A stretch of DNA of 64,000 bases. Origin: Takakia lepidozioides. Lineage: Eukaryota; Plantae; Bryophyta. The stretch spans positions 30,132,001 through 30,196,000 of the forward strand of contig CM060733.1 of NCBI GenBank assembly GCA_030704615.1, read 5' to 3'. How positions within the stretch are numbered: position 1 is the first letter of the stretch; each line of letters opens with the position of its first letter. Positions 1 through 12,299 of this stretch are shown one piece after another. The position numbers were made by a program, and so were the translations under genes. Below the pieces are notes generated by a model. The model saw nothing but the letters and a program-made list of their open reading frames with translations, ran no database searches and was not told the DNA's origin.

Positions 1-2330
1 TCCAATACATTCTAAAAAACTAGTCACTTTAATATCCCATGTTCCACTTCCAGAGCCTCTAGGTACTTTAGATGTGCATCCCATTCCTCCTTGTTCTTAG
101 GCCATGGAAAGTCCCGGCGATTAATGAATTTTACTCTAGCATCCTGAAAGTAGATATCCTTAGGTATTCCAAAAGGGTTCTGCTCATTGAAGGCCCAAGT
201 GCCATTTTTTAATGCCTTAACTTCTCCAGGTGGGGCTTCAGATGACCCATCAGAAAATCATCATTGTATGGATCTACAAGTGCTTCGTATTTAGGTAGGA
301 AGATGACAGTTTCAGTTCCCCTGTCACATACAGTGGTGTGTCGTCAGTAAGTGCTAAAAGCATTGCCGTCGACAGTGCTGTGATATTTCCCTTGGGATCC
401 AGCACCATTGAGGCCACAGAGTAGAACAAGGACGCAATGTAGTCGCTCGACTCTGCCCGCAATTCGTGTTTATACGCGGCACAATCTTTCTCGTGTTCCG
501 TAAGCTCAGTGTCCGGAGCCTTAATCACTGGTTTAATGGGGTTGAACATCAGCACTCCCTGCATGTGCTCCTCGTGGTTCTCAATCTGGGCAACTGTAGC
601 AAAAAATACGTAATCAAGGCACATGAGTGGCATTGAAAATGACTTTGGCCGGCTCATGTAAGGATTGTCGAACTCTCCAGGAAGATATAACCCCTGAAGC
701 AAAATATACTTAACCCGCCCCTCGCCAAACCTTATGTACGAAACCAGATTGGAAAAGGACCTCTGCGTTGAGAAGAAAACAAATGCATTGGGGTTCAGCT
801 ATTGTTCGAAGAACGCATCGAAAATATTCTTGTAATTTCTTTGCATGAAAACAGTTGAGTCATCGTTACAGACTGTGTTGACAAACACCATTGCGATGTT
901 ATCGAAATCCCTCTTTATCACAATTTTCAACTGTGTTTTGGTATCCATGAACCTCCGCTTCCCTCCTATGCACTGGTAATGTGACTTGAAGATATCCTTG
1001 AGGTTGCCCATTTCCTTCTCCATATCTTCAACCTTTTTCTTACATGAAAGCACGTATTTGATGAAAGCGTTACTCACTTTCTCGGTCTTCATATTCATGT
1101 TCACTTTGCTTTTCATGTATTTGGCCCCCAGTTTCGATCAGAATGTCTCGAACTCCGACTTGTTGAACTTATACCTTTTCTTCACTTCGAGCCATTATGC
1201 TTTTGTGTACGACTCTAGATGCTGCTTGCTCCTGGCATCAAATCCCAATACCACCATGACATCATCGATTATAAACCGTCTGTCCTTTATTCGATCGATA
1301 TAATCGGACAGGCAAAGAATCTTGGGGTCTTTTCCCTTGTAAGGACCACGAACGGAGGTTAGCTATTCCATGAGCATGAGCGGCATGAGCGGCATGAGCG
1401 GAATAGTAAGACAATCGGTTTTCATGAGCAGAAATACAAATTCTCGAAATAAAAAATTATTAAATAAATATTATTTTAATGGAATGTGTCAGAAAAAGCC
1501 AATATAATATTCATTGTTTGAAGTAGAAATTGTAGTTTTGAGAGCAGTGCTCATGATATTTCGTCTTCCACTCATGCGAATTCCGAGCGACAACTGCAAA
1601 AATGGCGCTGAATTTTGCGGTAATAGGTTCTGCAACCGGAGAAATCTGCGACGTATTGCGCGGTAATAGGTGTCTCCGGCGAAAAATGGTGCCGAATTTC
1701 GCGGTTATACGTCCCAACTTGATTGAAGTGTAAGCCCAAAATTTGGAAATGTGGCGCCGAATTTTGGTACATGGTGCCGGGCATTGCATAAATGTGGGCA
1801 GTTCTGGGCCATGTAACTGGAAATTCGGCGCCATTTTTCCAGACATCGTTCCCGTACATGTTGGGACTTAGCCAGTTTTCGGCCCAAAATAGGGAAATTC
1901 GGCGTCATTTTTCCAGAAATGGCCCCCTCAACTGCAACTGTTGGAACTCAGTTTTCTGGAAGATTTGCAAATTTTTCCTGCCGCCATCTTTGTATTGATT
2001 CTGTTTCGACATTGAATGGCCACTGGACATCAACGGATATCCAGCAGTCCATAGTGTTTAAAAGACACCACTTTAATATTGTCTGTCTCATTCCGGGAGT
2101 TTTGGGGTGCAATTCATTACACTGCAAAACAAAGTCTAATACATCAAAATGCATTTGCAAATATCCATATGGTGGATTCCCTTTGCCCCATCAATGATTT
2201 CTGGAATCCCGGCGGAGGAGTTTGTGCAGCTCGTTTACGCTCAACGCTGGTGCATGAATAAAGTTATCAATAGTCAAGTTCATCCTCAACCTCTTCAGGT
2301 AAATGTAATACAGATGCTTGCACGGTTAGT
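1..2330 (-). pseudogene. Decayed long intronless ORF of unknown family (TE cargo or endogenous viral gene), interrupted by a repeat insertion at ~1580-1985
   Basis: The 3' part of ORF 1511-1846 and ORFs 799-1116 and 274-702 are one reading frame broken only by isolated stops (..SHEWKTKYHEH..KQ*ILYWLFLTHSIK*YLFNNFLFREFVFLLMK..GPYKGKDPK..FFEQ*LNPNAF..). After frameshifts near 250-300 it continues ..NPFGIPKDIYFQDARVKFINRRDFPWPK... ORF 1948-2160 plausibly supplies the part upstream of the insertion. Confidence 0.55.
1580..1985. repeat. Foldback-like insertion built from an AAAATGGCGCCGAATTT motif
   Basis: Forward copies at ~1599, ~1683 and ~1748; reverse copies at ~1821 and ~1895. The same motif recurs as an inverted pair at ~49704-49795. 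Confidence 0.6.
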
Positions 2331-3054
2331 CTATACCCGCCATAGGGCAAGGTAAATCTATGAACTACATCATCTGGTTATATACTAAATACGGGTATAT
2401 GTCTTTCAAATACGCTTAAGGGTAGGTAATATTCAGGTATCATATGTGGCTGGGTCTGGGTATGTACCGTGCTATACCCAGCAAGTATATCAGCGTAAAT
2501 CATATACCTACACAAGACTTGGTTTGAACAACACTTGGTTTGAACTTCGCAAATGCAAGAACCGCCTAATACTGATTACTAGTGTTGGGAGGATAGAGGG
2601 ATACGTATAGGGTATTAGCACAGTGTATCAAGGCGGGTATGTGGACTCGGACTGGTAGGATACAATATGGACAGTAGTGGGGTTCATAATCTTTAAGTCA
2701 TGAGGTGATATTTATGTGAACCGTGGGATGAGGCTTTGATGGTATTGATGTTGATATTGATAAGGCTATTAAGAAAAATATAGGTTTCCATGTATGAATT
2801 TGGTGCCTAGGGTGGAGAGGGCTGTTGATGGCATTTAGCATGCCCTACTCTCAAGGTAGATAGTACATATAATATTATAAGCATTATGGCAGCTTTGGGG
2901 CACCCATCACTTTTAACACTCACATTGCCCAATATACACCAACACTTTGAAATAATAAAAGTTATTTAGGTAAATAATGATAATGGCCTTTGAGAAAGGG
3001 TTGAAGATTTTTTTGGGGAACCCTAAGTCGGAGTTGATAACAATAGGTTGTCAC

Positions 3055-3365
3055 CAGTGTTGTGCGGGTCTGGGTTTTGACCCCGGGTATCCGGTGGTTA
3101 GCCCGGGCTACCCAGACCTGCACCTGGACTCGTGCTATCACCAAAAACCGGCCAAGACCGAGGATTGTTTCTACAATGAACCCAGAACCGGACCCGCTTG
3201 CTGTGCGGGTCTGGGTTTTGACCCTGGGTACCCGGCGGGTTGGTGTCCGGGCTACCCGGACCTGTGCTATCACCAAAAACCGGCCCCTGACCGGCCCGGT
3301 TCAGGACCTAGCAAGTGGGTCCGGTTATGGGTTCATTTTAGAAACGATCCCGAGGTTGGGTTTTA
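3055..3365. mobile_element. hAT-type MITE fragment with internal duplication
   Basis: Starts CAGTGTTG; 3061-3155 is repeated at ~3201-3283; related sequence at 4882-5040. Confidence 0.5.
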
Positions 3366-3479
3366 AAAGCTTGGGCACGCGGGCTCCACCTTACATGTGG
3401 TAGGTTCTGCAACGTGTGTGGAGGGGACGAGCATAGGCCGCTGGCCCAGCCCTCACCACTCAAGTTAGGCCATTTGGAC

Positions 3480-3595
3480 AACCAAGTTGTAGCGGAGTGG
3501 TAATGGCCACATACCACCTCAAAAGTGGTTGTGGGGTCAATCCACGGATTGGTGTCACAAAGTTGTGCCCTTCGGGTCAAGTGACACCATAATTT
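3480..3595 (+). mobile_element. Degenerate copy of the tRNA-derived SINE
   Basis: AACCAAGTTGTAGCGGAGTGGTAATG...GTGGTTGTGGGGTCAATCCAC matches the 5' head of 5754-5930. Confidence 0.6.
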
Positions 3596-4404
3596 CATAA
3601 TTTCATATCACTCGTAACAATCAAGGGGTCTAGCAACTTCACAAACTTTTGCTCTCATATTCTTAGATGCGTTGGCTCAATCTTCCTTAGTGTTGATGAG
3701 ATTGAGCCACCACATCAACCACTCATAACAAATGTGAGAAATTATATGCCCCACTTATATTAGCTCTTGGGTCCAACGTGCATGGCTGGCAAGCTATCCC
3801 TCTCACCACGAGGGGGTGATTTGACAAAAAATATCTACACTTTGATACAAAACCTTGACTGAACACACATCAACCATACTTTACAAAGTCGACCTCATTG
3901 CCATTAGACTAGGCAAACTGTCGCTCTGTAGGCAGACTCCTATTTGGGGGCCTCTAGTAGAGAGAGAGAGACTATGCAACATGTTCAACATGTGGTAAAA
4001 GGACCTATACACTTGTCAAGGCTTTTGATTCGTACTGTGTTGTGCTAAGTGATGCCCCTTACTCTCACCTTCCTCTTATGTTTTGCCAAAGCAAGAGAGC
4101 CCATAGCGATTTTAGGCTTGTTATATATATATATATATCCAAATATACAAGCCCAGCCTTGAAATGGGGCAGGAAAAGGCTTCTATTTATGCTAATTTCG
4201 GTTGGTGTCGTACTATCTCTATCTATGTTGAGAAAGGTTCCAAGCAAGTCTAGCTGTTTTGTTAATGACTTGGTTTCTTGGGTTAACTTAGCATACCGAT
4301 TGAAGCTTGACTTGGGAGGTGTTGGCCTAAACTTGGATGGAAACACCTTGGAGCCAATCCATGCAAAAATGACAGCATGTCAAGAGTTTGTTTTCATGAA
4401 CTTG

Positions 4405-4758
4405 CATGAGCGGTTTGACGGTGGGCGGTTGGGCGGTTGGGCGGTTGGGCGGTTGCTTCAAATTTTAGGAAACTACTAATCTGCGGTTGCGGTTATTAAA
4501 TTTTTTATGGCTACATATAACCTGCGGTTGCGGTTACTTGCAAAAATCTCGAATAACCGGCGGTTTTCATCAAACAACCGTGGGTATTTGGAGGTTCTTT
4601 AAAAGGTTCTTTGCTTGGTTATTTGAATGCGAGACCTCTGCCGGTTCCTAACTGGACCGGTTATTTCATTTTTTGACCTCCGCCGGTCATATATATATAC
4701 AACCGGATGGGTAACCGCCGGGTATTAGAGAGAAATTTAAATAACCGCCCAACATTGG
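4405..4758. mobile_element. MITE-like fragment with GCGGTT/AACCGC subterminal repeats
   Basis: Clustered GGCGGTT repeats on the left, AACCGCC repeats on the right, ending CAACATTG (hAT-like end). Confidence 0.4.
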
Positions 4759-5753
4759 TTTGTACAATATGCCACACATTGATTGTCTACTGTTGGCATA
4801 TTGTTAAAAACAGTCTTATATATTGATGTTTCCAAGAAACCTAGGAGTTACGTCTACCTTTTTAAAGAACTTCGTTGTGTTCAGTGTTGCGCGGGTCATG
4901 GGGTCCGGCAGGTCCGGATCACCTGGATTGGCATTATCACCAAATACCTGGACCCGGACCCTTTGTTCATTTCAGAAATAGTGGATCCAAAACACACTAC
5001 TTATACCCATTACCCGCACGCCGGTGACGGGTAGGGTCTTTAAGTTTAATAAATGAAAAAAAAATTATTTTTTGTAGGGAAACACTAGGAATATATGTAA
5101 GAACTTAATATACAGGTGCAACCTCTGACACGACGGTACGCAAGTTTTTTACATGTCAAGAGAATGACATGGAATTGAATGGAAAAGAATGTAACTCCGG
5201 CATCGGGTTACATGGTGGGGAGTGTAACTCTACTTGGGGTTACACCAGTGTGTAACTCTACTCAGTGTAACTCACATTTGGTCTCGAAATTTGACTAAGC
5301 CCAAATTTGGCTAAGTATAAAATGGACTATGAGACACAGGGTGACACTACATAAGGTTACACCGTCAAGGGCCTACACTAACTGGAGTTACAGAGACCCA
5401 GGGTTACATTAGCCACCCCAGCGAGAGTTGAAGCCAGCACCTTTTTGTCTATAGCGCCGTTCTCTTACTAGTGGGCTACTCGCCTTTGCTTGGCAATCCA
5501 ATGTAGCTAATAGAATAGAGCCCACCCCCCAAAAGGGGGCAGTACCCACACAGGGAAGAGGCTCTTATTTAGCTTCTGCTGGCGTCATTTATATATATAT
5601 ATATATAGTTAATAGAGTGTAACTGTCCTGTTTTCGACGAGAAGGGGCTGTACCCATATAGGGGAAGAGGCTCTTATTTACGCTAGCTTACTGCCGTTAT
5701 ATACATATATAATGGTATATCAACCCAAATTGGGCTTAACCGACCATAGTTTC

Positions 5754-5930
5754 AACCAAGTTGTAGCCCAGTGGTAATGTGCACATACTATCTCGGAAGT
5801 GGTTGTGGGTTCAATCCACCCGTGGTGTCACAAAGGTGTCCACCTTCCTAGCGGAAGGCAATAGCCCTGGGGGGTGAAGTGACAAGTGACTCCATAAGTT
5901 ATGCTTCCTTGGGGAGGCGTCATACTTTTT
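5754..5930 (+). mobile_element. tRNA-derived SINE with target-site duplication
   Basis: Pol III A box TAGCCCAGTGG and B box GGTTCAATCC; T-rich tail; 16-bp TSD AACCGACCATA(G/A)TTTC at 5738-5753 and 5931-5946. Confidence 0.8.
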
Positions 5931-8098
5931 AACCGACCATAATTTCGTGCCAGTCGCTTTTTTGAAAATTCTTTACGGCCCCCTTAACCTGCCCAAGTTG
6001 CTAACATGGCAACTGCGGTCAGGTTAGGGTGAGTAAAAGATACCCCATAAAGGAGCGGGCGGAACGCTTCCCCAAACCCCTTGATTGCCCAAACCCCTTG
6101 ATTGCCCGGCAAGGGCACGGCGCAGGTCTGGGCATTCCCAGGCTGCGCCCTACCCTGAAATCGACGGTGATGGAAGCTCGGGCCAACACCATGGACCCAT
6201 AGCAGGGCGGACTGGGAGAATGCAGCGGCTATGGCGGCAGAGCTCGCGGCTTGAGAAAAACTCCCATGAGGGGTGGGCCAAACCTAGGGCGGGGGTTTGA
6301 TAGGGTTGAGGGTGGAGTGGGCCCCCATGAAAGCAGGGCCAGGTAGCCAAAGGAGCTCCCACACCCCCTGCACTTCCGGGCTATGGCTCCAAATATCCTA
6401 GGCCTGCAGGCTATAACATAGGTTTGTCATTGTAGTCTTGGGCAGGAAACCTAAAGATGCAATGTCATTGTCTGATTGGTCCCAGATTTTCTTGGGGACT
6501 TCATATGGATGCCCATGACTCTCAACCAGAGGGATTAGGTATTGAACGGCTGAATGGTTTTGTAGAATTTTAGGAATAGACAATTTGGCCTGCCCAAAGA
6601 AAATGGAACATTTTGACCCCCCAATTTGTCACTACAAAGGGGCCCACTTGAGAAAAGACTGAAAATTTCTGAGAATGTGTGTTATCAGGTATGGAACACC
6701 ATTCTTGAGACTCTAAAAAAGTTTAAAATTTAAACTGCCCAAATACGAGCAAAAAACTGCTTTTCTTTTGAAACCTCTATTTTTGCTTTGTGTTGTTTTT
6801 GTTTTTTGTGTTTTTGGCATCTATTTCTTTAGGGAAGATTTTTTTTGTCCCCACTATACACTTTATATATATTTTTAAAATTTATTTAAAAAGGGAAAGA
6901 CCTGGGAGCGACAGCTATACTGTTCTGCCTAATTGAACATTTTTGGAAAATGTGCCTAAAACTTGGAAGAAGTGCCTAATTGCTCGAAAATGTGAAAAAC
7001 ACAAAAATATCCAAATATGTGGAAAAAATGCCTAAATTGTATTATTTAAAGTCCAAAAAGACAAAAATGCATACAATTTATAATTTCATGTCCACACAAC
7101 TTCCAAATGGCCCTGCATTGATGCAACTACATCTTCATAAGTCTCATCACCTATCTCATGTGAATCTTCTGAATCTGAGAGAATGTTATTTTAAAGAAAA
7201 TTACCTCAACAATAGTTTTTGAGGGAGGTAAAAAACAATTGTTCATTATTATCCAGGGTCGACTGTAATACATGCCTAATGTTTGGGCCTACATAATAAA
7301 AACGAATCTGCTTAATAATATTCCATTTTTATTAATTATTAGGCGCGGAAGTGCCTAATAAACTAGGTCAGTACGGTATTCTTCAGATCTGGCAGACGCA
7401 TTTTGATGAAACTTTTTGTGGTAGGAGCCTGGTGGCGTAGGTGAGAAGTAATTCCAACGGTCAGTTTTACAGACAAAGAGATTCTCCAGATTTTTTTTGT
7501 TTTGTTTTGTTTTTCTTTTTGTCGTGTTTTTCCACGAGTGCTGGAAATGAGTTTTGGCACTTCAAGTTGCCTGACGAGACAACTTTGCTCTGCTTAAAAA
7601 ATTAGGGCAGTTGCCCAATCCTGGCAGCGCACAACACGGGCCTGTTGAGTAATACTAATACTAATTTCATAAAAATTGAAGCATATCAAAAACGCAATGT
7701 GCCCCAAATCCCGTTAAGGATTAATAGAGGATCGTCGGTAAGACATGGGGCTGGCACGTGTGCAGTAAGTTCTCACAGTACTCCTATTGTTTTCCTCGTC
7801 GTCGGTCTCCGCGTCCTCTAGGTATCTCATTTGGCTTCACGTTTGTTTACGGGGTGGCGTGAAGGTCGCACCTTTGGTCGTTGTAGGCTCCGAAGGCGAG
7901 CCGAGAAGGGAGGCTGCGAAGTAGCCCAGCTCCCACACCCCCATGTCTTTTTTGCTTACGTAATTTGGTTTTGGCTTCTTGTGGTGGTTGGGTGACGGAT
8001 GGCATGGCTGGCCAGTTGCAGATGAGACAGCCACCATACAGCCGCCATCGCTAGTAACTTAGGCCCATGTCCTTGGAGAATTATTAGTAATTTTGTTA

Positions 8099-8641
8099 TG
8101 GTATATCTTGAAGGAACATCTCTTAGAATAAAATTCACCACTAAGATCTAGTTTGATGAATCTCGAGGGTCGAGTGTGCCCACATTCGGTGGTATATCTT
8201 GAAGGAACATCTCTTAGAATAAAATTCACCACTAAGATCTAGTTTGATGAATCTCGAGGGTCGAGTGTGCCCACATTCGGTGGTATATCTTGAAGGAACA
8301 TCTCTTAGAATAAAATTCACCACTAAGATCTAGTTTGATGAATCTCGAGGGTCGAGTGTGCCCACATTCGGTGGTATATCTTGAAGGAACATCTCTTAGA
8401 ATAAAATTCACCACTAAGATCTAGTTTGATGAATCTCGAGGGTCGAGTGTGCCCACATTCGGTGGTATATCTTGAAGGAACATCTCTTAGAATAAAATTC
8501 ACCACTAAGATCTAGTTTGGTGAATCTCGAGGGTCGAGTGTGCCCACATTCGGTGGTATATCTTGAAGGAACATCTCTTAGAATAAAATTCACCACTAAG
8601 ATCTAGTTTATTTCTGATGGGTCGAGGGTGCCCACATTCGG
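8099..8641. repeat. 91-bp tandem repeat, 6 copies
   Basis: Units start at 8099, 8190, 8281, 8372, 8463 and 8554. Copies 1-4 appear identical, copy 5 has one substitution, and copy 6 diverges in its 3' half. Confidence 0.95.
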
Positions 8642-9062
8642 TCTGTGGGTGGCTGGATCGCTTCTGGTCAGAAGATGAGACCGTCGGCAGATCTGCAGCT
8701 GCGGCCACCTCTTCAATTCATTTGCAGCGGTACCGACCACCAGATGACCAGCATTTCAACTCGCAATCCTCCACCTCGATGTGAATTGAAAGTCCAAGGG
8801 GAGTCGATAAGTTCCTTGAAGCAACAAAAGAAGCGGTGGGTGTTGTAGTTGAAGCGAGGGGGGCCCGCCCTTGACTTTGTTGCCAATGACATTATGACCC
8901 CGTTCTCACTAATGGATGGTCTCCCTTTCTCGTACGCAACTGGATCAGACTAGGTGTACATGTACACGAGAGTCGTCGTCCATCTTATCCGGAACACCAT
9001 CCCAACTCGGTGGTCCCCTTGAGACCGCGGGCCTTCCTTGCGCGGTTTAAGGGAACGATCTA

Positions 9063-9340
9063 TCTAACAATATCCACTGTAACAGTAATCTCTAACGGTA
9101 ATCTAAACCTTTTCAATTAGAAGCTAAATTAAAATTGTTGATCAATGGCGTGAATGATGACGATACTTTCAAAGTGAGTCAAAGTGAGTTTTGGTGTCTT
9201 CTAACAATATCCCACTGTAACAGTAATCTCTAACGGTAATCTGAATCTTTTCAACTAGAAGCTAAATTAAAATTGTTTGATCAATGGCGTGAATGATGAC
9301 GATACTTTCAAAGTGAGTCAAAGTGAGTTTTGGTGTCTTC
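9063..9340. repeat. ~139-bp direct tandem duplication upstream of the acetate transporter
   Basis: TCTAACAATATCC(C)ACTGTAACAG...GAGTTTTGGTGTCTT occurs at 9063-9200 and 9200-9340. Confidence 0.9.
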
Positions 9341-9856
9341 TTCGAAGTGGCAATCGAAGAACAGCTTCAGGCTATTTCGAGACACTAAATCTGTTTTTCA
9401 CAGTTGTTGAGCCAGTTTAACGTCTCTGCAAACCCTTCCAATACCACCTATTTGGTTTTGGAAGTAGTCAAGCGCATGTATCGTGATCCGAACAGTGACC
9501 TGCACATGACGCCCATAGTTCGGACAGCTGACCTGTAGATAGAATTGACCTGACTTCGAATCACACCCATCATACTTTTGCACACCGAAGTAGTATAAAG
9601 CTTCAATTATGCTTGCATCTGGAATCAGATTGGATCCGAGAGGTATATGGATGCTCTTCCACGAAATCTAAACTTCGAGACCATTGACTAACTACTATTT
9701 TAAGGTTCTTACAATCGTAAGAATGATCAGGGAAAGAGCATTTGACTTTGGAGGGGTTTTTACTGATTTCTCAAGAGTAGAATTGAGATTGTGGTGGGTA
9801 AGTCAAATTTCTGGACATGATATCACGAGGGATGTGTCCCTCGAGCTCCAGCGAAA

Positions 9857-9870
9857 TTAAATATATATAG
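9857..9870 (+). promoter_or_regulatory. Putative TATA box of the acetate transporter gene
   Basis: TTAAATATATATAG about 150 bp upstream of the ATG at 10019. Confidence 0.35.
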
Positions 9871-10018
9871 GTGTCTCCTTATGGACTATGCAAGTTGAGT
9901 CCCCAAGCTTCTGTCTCTGTGTGTCATCGTTATTCGGGCCATTCTCGTATGCTTGTAACCATTTGAAGTGGACCGTGATTAGCTGAGATAGTTGGGAGCT
10001 CAGTTCATAGTTGTAAAC

Positions 10019-11333
10019 ATGGCTGAGGGGCGGAAGAATCACACAGCCTATCCAATATCTTCAGAGGAGTCACAGTATGCATACCCTCCGGCCGTTGTAG
10101 CGCCCGCAGTCGCTAACCCTGCGCCATTGGGTCTCATGGGGTTTGGTATCACCACTTTTGTGCTCTCCTGCTACAATACAGGGATCTTTGGCGTAGAGAC
10201 GACCTCACCTCCCAACGTGGTAACAGGCCTTGCTTTATTCTATGGCGGGCTTGCCCAGGGGCTTGCTGGAATGTGGGAATTCAAAGCAGGAAACACTTTC
10301 GGGGCCACAGTTTTCACATCCTACGGAGCTTTCTGGCTCTCCTATGCTGTTATATTAATCCCAGGCTTTGGCGTAAAATCTGGATATCTTAACGACGGCA
10401 AAGCCCTCGGTCCAGCAGTTGCTATCTTTCTGCTGGGATGGACAATATTCACTTTCTTGATGTGGCTGGGCACGCTCCGCTCCACCGTGGGCCTCACCTC
10501 TCTCTTCTTCACTCTGTTTCTCACTTTTGGGCTCCTTACCATGTCCGAATACGAAGCTGCTAATGGCCATAACCTGCACAGGGTAAACGACCCACACTCT
10601 CCCATTCATTACTGTTGCCAATTCTAAAGCTTATTAAAGTCATCCACATTGTTTACCATTGTTCTCACATCGCATTGTTGTCAAAGACGAGCGAACAGAC
10701 TTCCTTTCCAGAAGAGTGGAGAAGAAGGAGAGAGTTGTACATACCAAGACAGTTTCATTTACAGTACATACCCTGAAGTAAATGGACTGTGCTTGGCCAT
10801 CGGCGAATAAATCCTGTCATTAATCTTGTTCGTTCAATCCTTGAAACTACTTCTGGACAGCTAAAATTAGCACATATATGTTGTTAGATAACTATACATT
10901 CATAGCAGTCCGAGAATAGAAATTCTCGAAGAACCTACATTCCATAAGACTGGTATGAATATCTGGTTCAATAAAGATACTGTGAAGCACTCCTGCCTTC
11001 TGTACATATGGTTCAGTTTGGATTCCTGAGGCTAAGAGATTCTGTTTGTCCAGGCATCAGAGAATCTTAAGAATTTAATAATTCGTGCTTGATTTATCTA
11101 GAACTTGTTCCACAAGACAACTAGCAGGGGATTGCCCAGGGGAAAGAAGTCCAAGATCTAAGCAACCTGTAGACTAATCTCCGACCGTCACCTAACAAAT
11201 TTCGTGTGCTGTTTATCAGGCAGCTGGCTACATGGGCGTCCTTACTGCCATTATCGCTTTCTACAACGCCCTTGCAGCACTTTTGACAAAGGAAAACTCC
11301 TATTTTACCCTACCTATAGGAAAGTTGCAGTAG
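10019..11333 (+). CDS. GPR1/FUN34/YaaH (AceTr, SatP/Ady2-like) acetate uptake transporter, 2 exons (10019-10582, 11220-11333), 225 aa
   Basis: Family signature ANPAPLGLMGF; FYGGLAQGLAGMWEF..GNTFGATVFTSYGAFW. A phase-0 GT-AG intron joins ..HNLHR to AAGYMGVLTAIIAFYNALAALLTKENSYFTLPIGKLQ*. Confidence 0.93.
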
Positions 11334-12299
11334 ATTTTAGATAGATCTATATCATTAACTTGATATATCATTGTTGGTACTTGAGTCACTTCCACCTAAC
11401 TAGTCAACCGTCTGTAACCAAACCTCTTCACAAACAGGACGTAGGTTGCAAAGTATATGGTAGATGGTCGTGATCTATAGTGTTTCTTTACTGGTCCGGA
11501 AAACAGTACCGAGCAGAACTTGGAACAATAAGTTAACAAGTGCCGGTCTTCGGCCCATCTTCTTTGATTTCTCTAGAACTTTGCAAGTGTCAATGAGATT
11601 TTGATGAGAAGAACCTTTTGAGAGTGCGTAGCTAGCAGTACTGGAATCAAACAAACACCACCTCGGCTTGCAGATATGCGTGCGTATATATATGATCACA
11701 AGTACTGGGTCATGTATAAATATATTGTTTGTTTGGGCGCTGCTTCCAGGCCGGTCCTGCTATATCATGGGTACGCCATGGTGTAGAATTGAAAATTCTT
11801 TAATATGAACTCGCTCCGTTCAAATCTGCAAGTTTGTTATGCCACGGTAGACCTAGGATCTCTTACAGTCATGAATGTGGTCTGTTTAATGTGATAGTTT
11901 TCAAATTCTATGTATACCGTTGAACCCCAAGTACTGTGCAATGTGTGCAATGTTTTCAGGATTGTCTAAGTTCTAGTACAGTTCTTTTTTCCATGAGCGA
12001 GTATGTGCATATGCGTTGGCAATTGAAATGACCAGATGTACAACAGTTGCCCGGCCTCAACGATTATGAGGATCTGGAAGTTCAGCAAATCATTTGCTTA
12101 AAGCAACTAGTGACTCTCCGAGAAGCTTAATAAGTAGACTTGCCTAAGTTGAAGAAATCATTGAGGGAGGTAGGTAGCTGCAGCTGTAGAGCTACAAGGT
12201 CCATCGGTATACTTGAAATCTTTGGGGACAGCTAGATGAGAGGAAAGTAAGGGTCGCTAGCACTTATATATATATTGTCCATATGTATGAAGATAGCCC

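Noticed and set aside
2962-3403. Repetitive PGYP-rich ORFs
   Set aside because: Arise from internal duplications of a MITE.
5754-5830. Functional tRNA gene
   Set aside because: Has A and B boxes but no convincing cloverleaf; the extra body, T-tail and TSD indicate a SINE.
5979-7724. Second TTAA/piggyBac-like element
   Set aside because: Only a short imperfect inverted match, and no TTAA on the left side.
8099-8641. CRISPR array, or the five repeated 60-aa ORFs
   Set aside because: Units are identical end to end with no unique spacers and no cas genes; the ORFs are by-products of the 91-bp period.
9992-10627. Single-exon 211-aa transporter as given in the ORF track
   Set aside because: The likely start is the ATG at 10019, the tail VNDPH.. 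is intron read-through, and the last helix lies in exon 11220-11333.
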